Assembly: GCA_900552265.1 (NCBI GenBank)
Contig: URZE01000003.1
Span: 23,336 to 87,335, forward strand
Length of the DNA: 64,000 nt
Source: an uncultured Oscillospiraceae bacterium
GTDB lineage: Bacteria > Bacillota > Clostridia > Oscillospirales > Acutalibacteraceae
Direction of reading: 5' to 3'
In this document: positions 40,583 to 52,258 of the stretch, piece by piece
How positions within the stretch are numbered: the stretch's first letter is position 1
How the letters are laid out: every line of letters begins with the position of its first letter
Made by a program: the position numbers and the translations under genes
The notes under the pieces: model-generated
What the model was told of the DNA's origin: nothing
What the model saw: only the letters and a program-made list of their open reading frames with translations
Databases searched by the model: none

Positions 40583-40584
40583 AA

Positions 40585-41403
40585 GTGGAAAAAAGAATTA
40601 TTTCGGGAATAACGGGAGCAATTTTTGTTTTGTTCGTTTTGTTTTTTAATCAAAACTGTATGATTCTTCTAAACATAATTACCTCCGTAATAGCGGTTTT
40701 AGCAATGCGAGAAATTTTTTCAGTATTGAATATTTTAAAGGCTTTTTATGTAACTATTCCGACATTTGCATTTGTAAGCTTTATACCCATTTTCGGATTC
40801 GGTACAATATCGGAAGCCGCATGGTACATATACACTCTATGGATGTTTTCGGTTATGCTCATAAAACCCACAACACGGCTCAAGCATATTGCTGTCACCT
40901 ATACCATGGCAATTTTAATTTCAGTTTCACTCGAAAAATTAATAGAACTTCGAAATTTCGGCGGAAAATACGGAAGTTTTTTTGTATTATTGGCTTTGGC
41001 AGTTGCTTGGATGTCTGACACTGGAGCATATTTCTGTGGGAAATTTTTCGGAAAAAATAAACTTTGTCCTGAAATAAGTCCCAAAAAAACAATAGAAGGA
41101 TTTATCGGAGGCGTAGTAATATGCGTCATTTCAATGATTTTTATTGCTTTTATATTCAATAATTTCGTATTTACCGAAAAACAAACTGTAAACTATATTT
41201 TGATAATAATTTTAGGTCTTATTGGATCACCGATTTCAGCTCTTGGAGATTTAAGTTTTTCAATAATAAAAAGAAAATGCAAAGTTAAAGATTTTGGAAC
41301 CATAATGCCCGGTCACGGAGGGGTTTTGGACAGATTTGACAGTGTTATTTTCACTGTTCCTTATGTATATTTATTCCTAAAATTTTTCCCCATAATAAAA
41401 TAG
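40585..41403 (+). CDS. cdsA: phosphatidate cytidylyltransferase
   Basis: 272 aa polytopic membrane protein with the CdsA C-terminal signature (…GHGGVLDRFDS…). Sits at the conserved uppS-cdsA position. Confidence 0.88.
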   Translation: MEKRIISGITGAIFVLFVLFFNQNCMILLNIITSVIAVLAMREIFSVLNILKAFYVTIPTFAFVSFIPIFGFGTISEAAWYIYTLWMFSVMLIKPTTRLKHIAVTYTMAILISVSLEKLIELRNFGGKYGSFFVLLALAVAWMSDTGAYFCGKFFGKNKLCPEISPKKTIEGFIGGVVICVISMIFIAFIFNNFVFTEKQTVNYILIIILGLIGSPISALGDLSFSIIKRKCKVKDFGTIMPGHGGVLDRFDSVIFTVPYVYLFLKFFPIIK

Positions 41404-41444
41404 TTTTAATTCCAACAAAAAACTTTATATTACTTATTAAAAGA

Positions 41445-42602
41445 GTGATTCATTTGAAAGAAAATTTATCCGTTTTGGGTTCAACCGGTTCCATAGGTAC
41501 TCAAACTCTCAGTGTTGCACGTGAGTTAGGTATAAAAATATCTTCACTCTCTGCAAACAAAAACATTTCTCTTTTAGAAGAGCAAATAAGAGAATTTAAA
41601 CCTGATGTCGCAGCTGTTTTTGATGAAAAATATGCCAAAGAACTTAAAGAAAAAGTAAAAGATACCCCTACAAAAATTTTATCGGGAACATACGGACTTT
41701 GCGAAGCAGCACGCTGTAAAACTGCAGATTGCGTGGTTACCGCTGTTTCGGGAATGATAGGGCTTGAACCTACCATAGCCGCCATATCTGCAAAAAAAGA
41801 TATTGCTCTGGCGAACAAGGAAACATTGGTTGCCGGAGGAAATTTAGTTATGAACCTTGCGTCGGAAAATAACGTAAAAATATTTCCGGTTGACAGTGAA
41901 CACAGTGCAATTTTTCAGTGCATGCAAGGTTGCAAAGATAAAAAAAATATATCCAAATTGATTTTAACAGCCTCTGGTGGACCTTTCTTCGGGAAATCGA
42001 AAAAAGAATTGCAATCGGTGAGCATAAAAGATGCTTTAAACCATCCAAGCTGGTCGATGGGTGCAAAAATAACCGTAGATAGTGCTACCATGATGAACAA
42101 AGGTTTAGAAATAATTGAAGCGGTTCACCTTTTCGATATATCCGAAAACAACATAGATGTAGTTATTCACCGTGAAAGCATTGTTCATTCCATGATTGAG
42201 TTAATGGACGGATCGATTATTGCTCAAATGGGAACTCCGAGCATGAAAACTCCAATACAATATGCTCTTACTTATCCTGAAAGATTCAAATCTTCGGTAC
42301 CGACTCTTAACTTCTCAAAAATAAAAAACTTATCGTTTTTCGAACCCGATTATTCTACTTTTGAAGCCATGAATATATGTCGAGAAGCAATACGTAAAAA
42401 TGCCGCTCAACCGATTATTTTAAATGCCGCAAATGAAGAAGCCGTTAAGTTATTTCTGAACGAAAAAATAACTTTCTGTGAAATTATTGATGCAGTTAAA
42501 GCTGCTTTGGATGAATTTAAAAATGAAAAAAAACCAAATTCTTTAAAGGAAATTTTAAATATTGATGAAGCTACACGGAATTTTATTAAAGAGCTCTTAT
42601 AA
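41445..42602 (+). CDS. dxr: 1-deoxy-D-xylulose 5-phosphate reductoisomerase
   Basis: LSVLGSTGSIGTQTL NADPH-binding motif. 385 aa. Confidence 0.92.
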   Translation: MIHLKENLSVLGSTGSIGTQTLSVARELGIKISSLSANKNISLLEEQIREFKPDVAAVFDEKYAKELKEKVKDTPTKILSGTYGLCEAARCKTADCVVTAVSGMIGLEPTIAAISAKKDIALANKETLVAGGNLVMNLASENNVKIFPVDSEHSAIFQCMQGCKDKKNISKLILTASGGPFFGKSKKELQSVSIKDALNHPSWSMGAKITVDSATMMNKGLEIIEAVHLFDISENNIDVVIHRESIVHSMIELMDGSIIAQMGTPSMKTPIQYALTYPERFKSSVPTLNFSKIKNLSFFEPDYSTFEAMNICREAIRKNAAQPIILNAANEEAVKLFLNEKITFCEIIDAVKAALDEFKNEKKPNSLKEILNIDEATRNFIKELL

Positions 42603-42709
42603 TTATTATTTTTAAGAAAAATATTTAAACAATATACAAAATAATCAACAAAAAATGTTGATATTAAATCAAAAGCATGTATAATTAAATAGAAGTGCTA
42701 TTTTAAGGA

Positions 42710-43777
42710 GTGAGCAATTTGGTAATATTATTGGTAATAATCGGAATAATTTTATTCAATCTTATAGTATTTATGCATGAATTGGGACATTTCTTTTGGG
42801 CAAAAAAATTCGGAGTAAAAGTAAATGAGTTTGCATTGGGAATGGGTCCAAAAATATTTAAAATTCAAAGAGGCGAAACCCTATTTTCTCTAAGAGCTTT
42901 ACCTATCGGGGGATTTTGCGAAATGGAAGGTGAAGATGCCGACAGCAACGACCCTCGTTCATTCGGACAAAAAAAAGCTTGGCAAAAATTTATTATAGTG
43001 TCTTTCGGCGCAATTATGAATCTTGTTTTGGGATTCATAATGACAATATTTCTACTTGCTCAAAGTCCGAAATTTATAACCACAACGATAGATTCTTTCG
43101 GAGAAAATTCTGTATCTTCTACTCATGGTCTCATGGTCGGTGACGAGATTTTAAGCGTTAACGGTGCTCCAATATTCACTTATAAAGATTTATATTTCGA
43201 TCTCTCTATAGATGAAAAAAATTCATTTGACATAAAAGTAAAACGAAATGGTCAGACTGTAGAACTCAAAGATGTTAATTTTGAAACAGTCAGTACAGAT
43301 AACGGTAAGCCTGCAACAAAAATTGATTTTAAACTCAAAACCACTGACAAAAACTTTATAAGTCTTATAACTCAAACGTGGTACGATACTCTTTCAACAG
43401 TAAAAATAGTTTGGGTAAGCTTGGTAGGAATTATAACTGGAAGATTCGCCGTATCAAACATGGCCGGCCCTATAGGAATGGCTTCCGCTATCGGAAAAGC
43501 TGCTTCAACGGGACTTGAAACAAGTGTAATTGATGCAATTAACAACATCGTATCTATAATGGCTATGATAACAATCAACCTTGGAATCGTGAATCTTCTC
43601 CCTCTACCGGCTCTCGACGGCGGACGTCTTATTTTCCTCTTAATTGAGATGATAACACGTAAAAAAATAAATCCGAAATACGAAGGCTTAATTCATGCAC
43701 TGGGATTTTTCCTTTTCATTGCTCTTATGATTTATATTTCCTACAGCGATATACTGCGTCTATTAGGAAAAATTTAA
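42710..43777 (+). CDS. rseP: RIP site-2 zinc metalloprotease RseP/RasP
   Basis: HELGHFFWAKKFGV (HExxH) in TM1. PDZ-like middle region. C-terminal LDGG motif. Confidence 0.88.
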   Translation: MSNLVILLVIIGIILFNLIVFMHELGHFFWAKKFGVKVNEFALGMGPKIFKIQRGETLFSLRALPIGGFCEMEGEDADSNDPRSFGQKKAWQKFIIVSFGAIMNLVLGFIMTIFLLAQSPKFITTTIDSFGENSVSSTHGLMVGDEILSVNGAPIFTYKDLYFDLSIDEKNSFDIKVKRNGQTVELKDVNFETVSTDNGKPATKIDFKLKTTDKNFISLITQTWYDTLSTVKIVWVSLVGIITGRFAVSNMAGPIGMASAIGKAASTGLETSVIDAINNIVSIMAMITINLGIVNLLPLPALDGGRLIFLLIEMITRKKINPKYEGLIHALGFFLFIALMIYISYSDILRLLGKI

Positions 43778-43841
43778 AATCATAAGAATTTTAAGAACAT
43801 ATTCACAATAAAAAAACATTTATAACATCAGGTAAAATATT

Positions 43842-44906
43842 ATGAGAAGAAATTCCAATGAAGTTAAAATAGGAAATTTAAAAATAGGCGGAAACAATCC
43901 GATTTTAGTTCAGTCAATGTTGAGTATTCCTTCATATGACATCGAAAACAGCGTAAAACAGGCACTAAATCTAAAAAAAGCTGGGTGCGAAATTTTAAGA
44001 ATTGCAATTCCTGACATGGAATCCGTAAAACTTATAGACGCTATAAAGAGTCGTGTTGATATACCTCTTGTAGCTGATATTCATTTCGATTACAAATTAG
44101 CACTGGAGTCCGTAGCAGCCGGTATTGACAAAATAAGAATTAATCCCGGAAATATCGGAAGTGAAGATAAAATAAATGAAGTTGCAAAAGCATGTAAAAG
44201 TAAAAATATTCCTATCAGAATAGGAGTAAATTCGGGTTCAGTAGAGAAAAAAATTCTGGCCAAATATTCCGGTCCAACTCCGGAAGCAATGTGTGAAAGC
44301 GCTATTTACAACGCAAAATTATTAGAAAAATTTGATTTTAACGACATAGTTATTTCAATTAAATCTTCGTCTGTCAATAATATGGTTAAAGGTTACAGGT
44401 TGATTGCAGAAAAATGTTCATATCCTCTGCACCTCGGTGTTACCGAAGCCGGTACATTAACCATGGGTACCATAAAATCAGCTATAGGAATAGGCTCTTT
44501 GTTACTCGACGGAATCGGAGATACAATACGTGTAACTCTTACCGACGAACCAACGGAAGAAGTAAAAGCCGGATTTAACATATTAAAAGCTTTAGAACTT
44601 CGCAACAATGGAATAACTTTTATTTCATGTCCTACTTGCGGAAGAACAAGGATTGACATTATAAAAATTGCCAAAGAAACTCAACATTTACTTCGCAACA
44701 ACAAAAGCAATATTAAAGTGGCAATAATGGGGTGTGTTGTCAACGGTCCGGGAGAAGCCAAAGAAGCGGATATCGGTATTGCAGGCGGTGACGGTTATGG
44801 AATAATATTTAAAAAAGGAAAAATTTTTAAAAAAGTTGAAGAAGAAAACCTTGTAACCGAACTCATAAGTGAAATAAATAAAATGACGTCCGAAAATCAA
44901 CTATAA
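43842..44906 (+). CDS. ispG: 4-hydroxy-3-methylbut-2-enyl diphosphate synthase (GcpE)
   Basis: 354 aa. GcpE fold. C-terminal 4Fe-4S cysteines (SCPTCGR...MGCVVNGPGE). Confidence 0.92.
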   Translation: MRRNSNEVKIGNLKIGGNNPILVQSMLSIPSYDIENSVKQALNLKKAGCEILRIAIPDMESVKLIDAIKSRVDIPLVADIHFDYKLALESVAAGIDKIRINPGNIGSEDKINEVAKACKSKNIPIRIGVNSGSVEKKILAKYSGPTPEAMCESAIYNAKLLEKFDFNDIVISIKSSSVNNMVKGYRLIAEKCSYPLHLGVTEAGTLTMGTIKSAIGIGSLLLDGIGDTIRVTLTDEPTEEVKAGFNILKALELRNNGITFISCPTCGRTRIDIIKIAKETQHLLRNNKSNIKVAIMGCVVNGPGEAKEADIGIAGGDGYGIIFKKGKIFKKVEEENLVTELISEINKMTSENQL

Positions 44907-45015
44907 ATACGACCAAATTTCACCGATAATACTTAGAATCGCAGACAATATTTATCAAAGCGAAAAACAAATTTACAAATAAAGTTTAAACTAAACACCA
45001 AGGAGCAACTTACAG

Positions 45016-48000
45016 TTGAAAAAATTTAAAGATATTTTTAAGATAAATTCCGCAAAAAAATCAATTTCAGATTCTTTTATAGATTCTTTGGATATAGATA
45101 AAAAATCTCGAAGCATTACCATAAATTTAATATCAAACAAAACGGTTTCGCAGGAGGATATATCTTCCTGTGAAGCCTTATTACTTGACTGTGATCTTGA
45201 GCTTTCGAATGTAAAAATAAACGTTATGCAATCTTGCGAAAAATCCAATGGAAACACCGAAAGCGTTATAACTGAAACCATAAAAGAATTATCGAAAAAT
45301 TCACGCTCTGTTTCTAAAATTTTAATGAACTCATCTTTCAACATCTCTGAAAATTTAGTTGAAATAAATCTCATTCACGGCGGAAAAAATTTTCTAATTC
45401 AGAAAAATATCGACAAAGAAATTTCCAAATCAATATCTCAAAAATTAAATCACTCCATTCAAGTGAAATTTACTGAAACCGAAACAAAAGAATTTTCCGA
45501 ACCTCAACCTGAAATTACAGAGAAAATTACAGTGTCATCCAATACAACCGAACCTGAAGAAAAAGTTGAAGAAACTCCCATTCCAGAAATTGAAGTAAGA
45601 ACCAAAGACACACTTTATCCCCGTCCCGTGATTTCTTCGGCTAAGCTTCTCTACGGCAATTTGATAAAAAAAGAACCCATATCTATTCGTGAAATTGACG
45701 CACAAATGTCAAATGCAGTCGTTTGGGGGAAAATATTTTTTACTGATTCTCACGAAACACGTGATGGTACCAAAATTATCTTCAGTTTTTATATAACCGA
45801 TTACACCGGTTCTTTGATTCTCAAAATAATAGAAAATAAAAAACAAAGTTCGTATCTCGAAAAACTCAAAAAAGGTACTCATATCTTAGTGTACGGAGAT
45901 TTATCAGAAGATACTTACGAAAAAGAAACTGTAATGCGTCCAAAGTCAATAAATATTATACAAACTACAAAAATTTCTGATAACGCTCCAAAAAAACGTG
46001 TTGAACTCCACCTTCACACAAATATGTCAGCTATGGACGGAATCAATCCCGCTTCGGAACTCATTAACAGAGCTAACGAATGGGGTCACACCGCTATAGC
46101 CATAACTGACCACGGCGTTGCGCAAGCTTATCCTGAAGCAATGAATACCGCAAATTCCATAAATAAAAACGGCGGAAATATGAAAATTATATACGGTGTG
46201 GAAGCCTATTTTGTAAACGATATGCTACCAATTGTAACCGGTGATACCGAAAGAAATTTCGATGAAGAATATATTTGTTTTGACCTGGAAACCACAGGTC
46301 TTAATGCAAATTCAGATAAAATAATAGAAATAGGAGCAGTAAGAGTAAAAAACCGACAAATTGTAGAAGAATTCGGAACATTTGCAGACCCCGGAATGTC
46401 ACTTGAAGAAAAAACAACAGAACTTACCGGAATTACCGACAAAATGCTTGAAGGTGCTCCCAGTCAAAAAGAAGCTTTACAAAAATTTATAGATTTTTGC
46501 GGTGACTCACCGGTACTTATAGCTCACAACGCCAATTTCGATGTATCTTTTGTAAAAGCAACCGCCAAACGTGAAAATATCAAATTCGAATTTACCTATG
46601 CCGATACCGTGCCTATGAGTCGAGCACTTATAATGAGTATCAAAAATCACAAACTCGATACCGTGGCAAAATATTTGAAAATTCCAAGCTTTAATCACCA
46701 CAGAGCTTGTGATGATGCAAGAGCTTTAGCTTATATCTTTATTGAACTTTTGAATATGTCGGAAAAGACTAAAAATATTTCTTCACTTCAAAAAATAAAT
46801 ACCTCTCTTTCCGGAAACGATCCTAAAAAAACCGTTTCTCATCACATGACTATACTTGTAAAAAATCAAACCGGTCTTAAAAATCTTTATCGCTTAATCT
46901 CTATGGCTCATCTTGATTATTTTTACAAAAAACCACGTATACCAAAAAGTATGCTTCAAAAATACCGAGAAGGATTAATCATAGGAAGTGCATGTGAAGC
47001 AGGAGAACTTTTCAGAGCCGTTACGGGCGGAAGACCTTGGGCAGATTTATTGGAAATTGCAAAAATTTACGATTATCTTGAAATTCAACCTATCGGAAAC
47101 AATTCTTTTATGCTAAGAGAAGGTATCGCAAAAACAATCATACAACTTCAAGACTTTAACCGAACAATAATAAAAATAGGAGAAACACTCAATATTCCCG
47201 TAGTAGCAACAGGAGACGTACATTTCCTTGACCCACAAGACTCAGAATACCGAAAAATACTCATGGCAGGTCAGGGATACAGTGATGCAGATAATCAAGC
47301 TCCGCTCTACTTCCACACAACAGCGGAAATGCTCGAAGAATTTGCATATCTCGGAAAAGAAAAAGCTTATGAAGTTGTAGTTGAAAATACGAATAAAATA
47401 GCTGATTCAGTAGATTCCCTCTCTCCAATCCCACCGGGAATTTTTCCTCCGTTTATACCCGGGGCAGAAAAAGAACTTGTGGAAATTACGTGGGAAAGAG
47501 CTAAAAAAATATACGGTGATCCTTTACCTGAAATAGTTCAAAAAAGACTTGAAAAAGAACTCGGTTCCATAACGAAACACGGATTTTCAGTGCTTTATAT
47601 GGTAGCTCAAAAACTAGTCGCAGACTCAGAAAAACACGGTTATCTCGTAGGTTCAAGAGGTTCAGTCGGTTCGTCGTTCGTAGCTACTATGTCAGGAATT
47701 TCAGAAGTAAATCCTTTGGTACCGCACTATCTATGTCCGAAATGTCAGTACAGTGAGTTTATAACCGACGGCAGTTATGGATCAGGATTTGACTTACCTC
47801 ATAAAAAATGTCCGAAATGCGGTGAAGATTTAAAACAAGACGGACATGATATACCTTTTGAAACATTCTTGGGTTTCGATGGCGACAAAACACCTGACAT
47901 AGACCTCAACTTCTCGGGGGAATATCAAAACGATGCACACAGATACACTGAAACGCTTTTCGGAAAAGACAACGTATTTAAAGCAGGAACTATCGGCACC

Positions 48001-49323
48001 ATAGCCACAAAAACAGGTATAGGATTTACAAAAAAATATGCCGAAGAAAGAGGTTTTTCACTCGGAAAAGCCGAAACTATCCGTTTGGCTGAAGGATGCA
48101 CAGGAGTTAAGCGTACCACCGGTCAACATCCCGGAGGAATGGTTGTTGTACCTCAAGGAAAAGAAATATATGATTTTTGTCCTGTTCAACACCCTGCAAA
48201 CGACCAAAACTCCGATAATATCACAACTCATTTTGATTTCCATGCAATACATGACACCATATGTAAACTCGACGAGCTTGGACACGACGTTCCGTCAATT
48301 TATAAATATTTGGAAGACTATACCGGTATTAAAGTTACCGACGTTTCAATGAGCGATCCCAAAGTTATGTCACTTTTTACGTCTACCAAAGCTCTCGGAG
48401 TAACTCCTCAAGATATTGATTCTCGTACAGGAACATTTTCTATGCCCGAAGTAGGTACATCTTTCGTTCGTCAAATGTTAATTGAATGTAAACCCAAAAC
48501 TTTCGCAGATTTACTCCAAGTATCAGGTCTTTCCCACGGTACCGACGTTTGGCACGGAAATGCTCATGAGTTGATACAAAAAGGAATTTGCACAATCTCA
48601 GAAGTCATCGGAACACGTGATAACATTATGGTATATCTGATGCACAAAGGAATGGAACCAAAAACCGCATTTAAAATTATGGAAATTGTTAGAAAAGGTA
48701 AAGCTACCAAACTTCTAACTCCTGAACATTTAGACGAAATGCGTTCTCACGGAGTCCCGGAATGGTATATAAAATCGTGCATGAAAATCAAATACATGTT
48801 CCCAAAAGCTCACGCTGCCGCATATATGATTTCGACTTTGAGACTCGGATGGTACAAAGTTTATTATCCGACTGAATACTATGCTGCATATTTCACCGTA
48901 CGAGGAGAAGATTTTGACGGTCTTACAGTAATGAAAGGCAGAGACGCTGTAAGAAAAAAAATGTCAGAAATAGCACTTAAAGGGAAAACCGCAAGTGCAA
49001 AAGAAAACGCTGCATATGCTACTTTTCAAATAATAAACGAAATGCTTGCACGTGGAATCGAAGTACTTCCGGTTGATTTATACAAATCTGATTCTTACAA
49101 ATACATCGTTGAAAACGGTAAAATAAGGCTACCCTTTGCCTCTCTTTCCGGAGTAGGAGTGTCTGCAGCTCAAAGCCTTCAGGATGCAGCCAAAGATGGA
49201 GAGTACCTTTCTATTGATGATGTTCAAATACGCTCAAAAGTTACTAAAGCTGTAATTGAAACCCTTGAAGAGGCCGGAATTTTAAAAAATCTTCCTCAAA
49301 GTAATCAAATGTCATTTTTTTAA
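45016..49323 (+). CDS. polC: DNA polymerase III, PolC type
   Basis: 1435 aa. OB domain, PHP domain, inserted DnaQ-like 3'-5' exonuclease (FDLETTGL...), polymerase core. TTG start with AGGAG RBS. Confidence 0.95.
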   Translation: MKKFKDIFKINSAKKSISDSFIDSLDIDKKSRSITINLISNKTVSQEDISSCEALLLDCDLELSNVKINVMQSCEKSNGNTESVITETIKELSKNSRSVSKILMNSSFNISENLVEINLIHGGKNFLIQKNIDKEISKSISQKLNHSIQVKFTETETKEFSEPQPEITEKITVSSNTTEPEEKVEETPIPEIEVRTKDTLYPRPVISSAKLLYGNLIKKEPISIREIDAQMSNAVVWGKIFFTDSHETRDGTKIIFSFYITDYTGSLILKIIENKKQSSYLEKLKKGTHILVYGDLSEDTYEKETVMRPKSINIIQTTKISDNAPKKRVELHLHTNMSAMDGINPASELINRANEWGHTAIAITDHGVAQAYPEAMNTANSINKNGGNMKIIYGVEAYFVNDMLPIVTGDTERNFDEEYICFDLETTGLNANSDKIIEIGAVRVKNRQIVEEFGTFADPGMSLEEKTTELTGITDKMLEGAPSQKEALQKFIDFCGDSPVLIAHNANFDVSFVKATAKRENIKFEFTYADTVPMSRALIMSIKNHKLDTVAKYLKIPSFNHHRACDDARALAYIFIELLNMSEKTKNISSLQKINTSLSGNDPKKTVSHHMTILVKNQTGLKNLYRLISMAHLDYFYKKPRIPKSMLQKYREGLIIGSACEAGELFRAVTGGRPWADLLEIAKIYDYLEIQPIGNNSFMLREGIAKTIIQLQDFNRTIIKIGETLNIPVVATGDVHFLDPQDSEYRKILMAGQGYSDADNQAPLYFHTTAEMLEEFAYLGKEKAYEVVVENTNKIADSVDSLSPIPPGIFPPFIPGAEKELVEITWERAKKIYGDPLPEIVQKRLEKELGSITKHGFSVLYMVAQKLVADSEKHGYLVGSRGSVGSSFVATMSGISEVNPLVPHYLCPKCQYSEFITDGSYGSGFDLPHKKCPKCGEDLKQDGHDIPFETFLGFDGDKTPDIDLNFSGEYQNDAHRYTETLFGKDNVFKAGTIGTIATKTGIGFTKKYAEERGFSLGKAETIRLAEGCTGVKRTTGQHPGGMVVVPQGKEIYDFCPVQHPANDQNSDNITTHFDFHAIHDTICKLDELGHDVPSIYKYLEDYTGIKVTDVSMSDPKVMSLFTSTKALGVTPQDIDSRTGTFSMPEVGTSFVRQMLIECKPKTFADLLQVSGLSHGTDVWHGNAHELIQKGICTISEVIGTRDNIMVYLMHKGMEPKTAFKIMEIVRKGKATKLLTPEHLDEMRSHGVPEWYIKSCMKIKYMFPKAHAAAYMISTLRLGWYKVYYPTEYYAAYFTVRGEDFDGLTVMKGRDAVRKKMSEIALKGKTASAKENAAYATFQIINEMLARGIEVLPVDLYKSDSYKYIVENGKIRLPFASLSGVGVSAAQSLQDAAKDGEYLSIDDVQIRSKVTKAVIETLEEAGILKNLPQSNQMSFF

Positions 49324-49692
49324 AAATATATTGAAACTTAATTATTTTTATAATACATTAATATTAAAATATTTAGTAAAAGTATGAAAAACTAAAGGCA
49401 GTTTAGTTAAACATCTTTTAAGAATAACATTTAAGTTGAAACTACAGTTTAATAATATATGTCTTGGTATCAGATATTTTTTTAAAATTATCCTGTTTTA
49501 ATGCAATTTTATCATTAACATATGTGATGAGTGTCAAAACTCACATATGCCAGATTTAATTAATTTAATCATAGAGTATTTTAAACTACATTTATATTTG
49601 ATAAAAAAAGTATAAACTCTATACTTTAGCAACAAGTACATCCGTCCCAATAATTTCAATGGGACGGAATCTTTATATTCACGTATAAGTGA

Positions 49693-51180
49693 TTATCTTT
49701 CTATGAGACTGTGACCTGTCATCTCTTCAGGTTTTTTTAAATTTAAAATTTCTAAAACAGTTGGCGAAATATCGCATAATGAACCAAATCTTTTTAAATT
49801 ACACGAATAATTGTCTATAGCAAAAATTACAGGATTCGATGTGTGAGCCGTAAAAACCGAACCAAAATCATCCAGCATTTTTTCTGCATTTCCATGATCT
49901 GCAGTAACTATTGTGACTCCTCCGTAATTTTTATTTTCATTAAGTAACAATCCCACGCACCTGTCAACTTCTTCAACAGCTTTTACAGTTGCTTCAAAAT
50001 TTCCTGTATGTCCTACCATATCAGGATTTGCAAAATTTAAAACAATTACGTCATAAATTTTTTTTCTTATATTTTCAATTGCACATTCTGTAATTTCCCA
50101 AGCGCTCATTTCCGGTTTTATATCGTAGGTACTAACATTCGAAGAATTAATTATTATTCTGTCCTCATTCTTGTAAGGCTTTTCTTTTCCTCCGTTAAAA
50201 AAGAATGTAACATGTGCATATTTTTCAGTTTCGGCTATTCGTAATTGTTTTAAACCTTTTGAAGATATGTATTCACCCAATGTATTTTTTATTTCACGAG
50301 GTTTAAATGCAATTGAAACATTTTTAAACGTTTCATCATATTGTGTGAAACAGCAGTATCGGGACTTAAAATCAATTTTATCAATAAATTTTCGGATTAT
50401 TTGCCGTGCTCTGTCTGGTCTAAAATTCAAACATATCACAGCGTCACCATTTTTAAATCCCTTATATCCCTCTCTAACGCAAGGAACTATGAACTCATCT
50501 GTAATATTATCTTTATAAGAGAATTCTATGGCTTTTTCCGGCAAATCAAATTTTTCTCCTACAGCATCAAATATGGCATCAAAAGCTTTCTGAGTTCTGT
50601 CTAAGTGATTATCTCTATCCATAGCATAAAATCTTCCCGAAATCGTTTCTATTTTTCCTACTTCTATTTTATTTGCAAATTTTTCAAGATCTTTAATATA
50701 TTTCGTACTGGATAAAGGTAAAGTATCTCTTCCGTCAGTCCACGCATGAATGCGAGTTTCTTTGATTCCACATTTATGAGCCAATTTCAAAACAGCGTAA
50801 AAATGATTTATATGACTGTGAATCCCTCCATCGGAAACAAGCCCCATTATATGCAAATGAGATCCCTTCGATTTTACATGTTCCATAATGCTCAATAATT
50901 CTCTATTTTCAAAAAAACTTCCGTCATCTATACTTTTATTAATATAAGTTAAGTCTTGGTATACAATTCTTCCGGCACCAATATTTGTATGCCCTACTTC
51001 AGAATTTCCCATTTGACCTTCGGGAAGCCCAACGCTTAACCCTGAAGCTTGTAAAATAGATACCGGATCATTATTTAACATATTATCTATATTGGGTGTA
51101 TTCGCCATATAAACAGCATTGGATTTTACTTTTTCACCTATTCCGAAACCATCTAAAATCAAAAGAAGTATATTCTTCAT
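49693..51180 (-). CDS. gpmI: 2,3-bisphosphoglycerate-independent phosphoglycerate mutase
   Basis: 495 aa. N-terminus ILLLILDGFGIG. Metal-binding motifs of iPGM. Confidence 0.92.
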   Translation of the reverse strand: MKNILLLILDGFGIGEKVKSNAVYMANTPNIDNMLNNDPVSILQASGLSVGLPEGQMGNSEVGHTNIGAGRIVYQDLTYINKSIDDGSFFENRELLSIMEHVKSKGSHLHIMGLVSDGGIHSHINHFYAVLKLAHKCGIKETRIHAWTDGRDTLPLSSTKYIKDLEKFANKIEVGKIETISGRFYAMDRDNHLDRTQKAFDAIFDAVGEKFDLPEKAIEFSYKDNITDEFIVPCVREGYKGFKNGDAVICLNFRPDRARQIIRKFIDKIDFKSRYCCFTQYDETFKNVSIAFKPREIKNTLGEYISSKGLKQLRIAETEKYAHVTFFFNGGKEKPYKNEDRIIINSSNVSTYDIKPEMSAWEITECAIENIRKKIYDVIVLNFANPDMVGHTGNFEATVKAVEEVDRCVGLLLNENKNYGGVTIVTADHGNAEKMLDDFGSVFTAHTSNPVIFAIDNYSCNLKRFGSLCDISPTVLEILNLKKPEEMTGHSLIER

Positions 51181-51225
51181 ATAAAAAATTTCTCCTGTTA
51201 TCTTGTATCCGTTTGTTTAAAATAA

Positions 51226-51990
51226 TTAATTTGATAAACTTTCGGATATATTTATTATTTTTAAAAACTCGTCTGATTTAAGTGAAGCTCCTCCTATTAA
51301 TCCACCGTCAATTTCAGAAAATTTAAGAAATTCTTCAGCATTGGAAGCATTCATAGAACCTCCATATAAAACCGGACAAGTATGATTGGTTTTAAATTCA
51401 GAAGAAATAAAATTCTTAATTTCTAAATTCATTTTTACAGCGTCAGATTCCGTTACCGCCTTTCCGGTACCTATAGCCCAGATAGGTTCATAAGCTACAA
51501 TTATATCATTAATTTTTTCTGAATCTATACCGTAAAGTGCTTCACGTAGTTGATTTTTTACCGTATAAAACTCCATATTACAGCTTCTTTGTTCACGATT
51601 CTCTCCTACACACAAAATTACTTTCAATCCACTATGCAAAGCTGATTTAATTTTTTTATTTATAATTTCACCTGTTTCTCCAAAATATTCACGTCTTTCA
51701 CTATGACCTATAATGACATATTCCGCCCCTACATCAACAAGCATTTCAGAAGAAATTTCACCCGTAAAAGCTCCGAATTTTTCAAAATGGCAGTTTTGAG
51801 CTCCTATTTTTATTCCACTTTGAAAACAAAGTTCTTTTATTGAAGATATTGATAAAAAAGAAGGACAAATTATTACTTCAGTAGATTTAAAATTTTTTAG
51901 CTTTTTTGATAATTCTTTCATAAACAACGTAGATTCAGAAGGAGTTTTATTCATCTTCCAATTGGCAATTATATACTTTTTTTCATTCAT
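51226..51990 (-). CDS. tpiA: triosephosphate isomerase
   Basis: IIANWKMNKT...catalytic motifs AYEPIWAIGTGK. Confidence 0.92.
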   Translation of the reverse strand: MNEKKYIIANWKMNKTPSESTLFMKELSKKLKNFKSTEVIICPSFLSISSIKELCFQSGIKIGAQNCHFEKFGAFTGEISSEMLVDVGAEYVIIGHSERREYFGETGEIINKKIKSALHSGLKVILCVGENREQRSCNMEFYTVKNQLREALYGIDSEKINDIIVAYEPIWAIGTGKAVTESDAVKMNLEIKNFISSEFKTNHTCPVLYGGSMNASNAEEFLKFSEIDGGLIGGASLKSDEFLKIINISESLSN

Positions 51991-52258
51991 AAAAATTTCA
52001 CCTTTTCAATAAATTATGTATTTTATTATAAAATAAAACCTTAAAATAATAAATATATACTAATCAATATATGATTTTTAATTATGATTATTTAATTTAT
52101 TTTTAAACAAAAAAATTGTACCATATAAGGTACATTAAAACTCATATCACAAAAATAAACATTATATGAAAAATTTCACAATTTTCTTCCTTATATTTGA
52201 AAATATAACAATAAAAATAATTTTGAAACTCTCACTGACAAATCTCACTAAAACAAAA

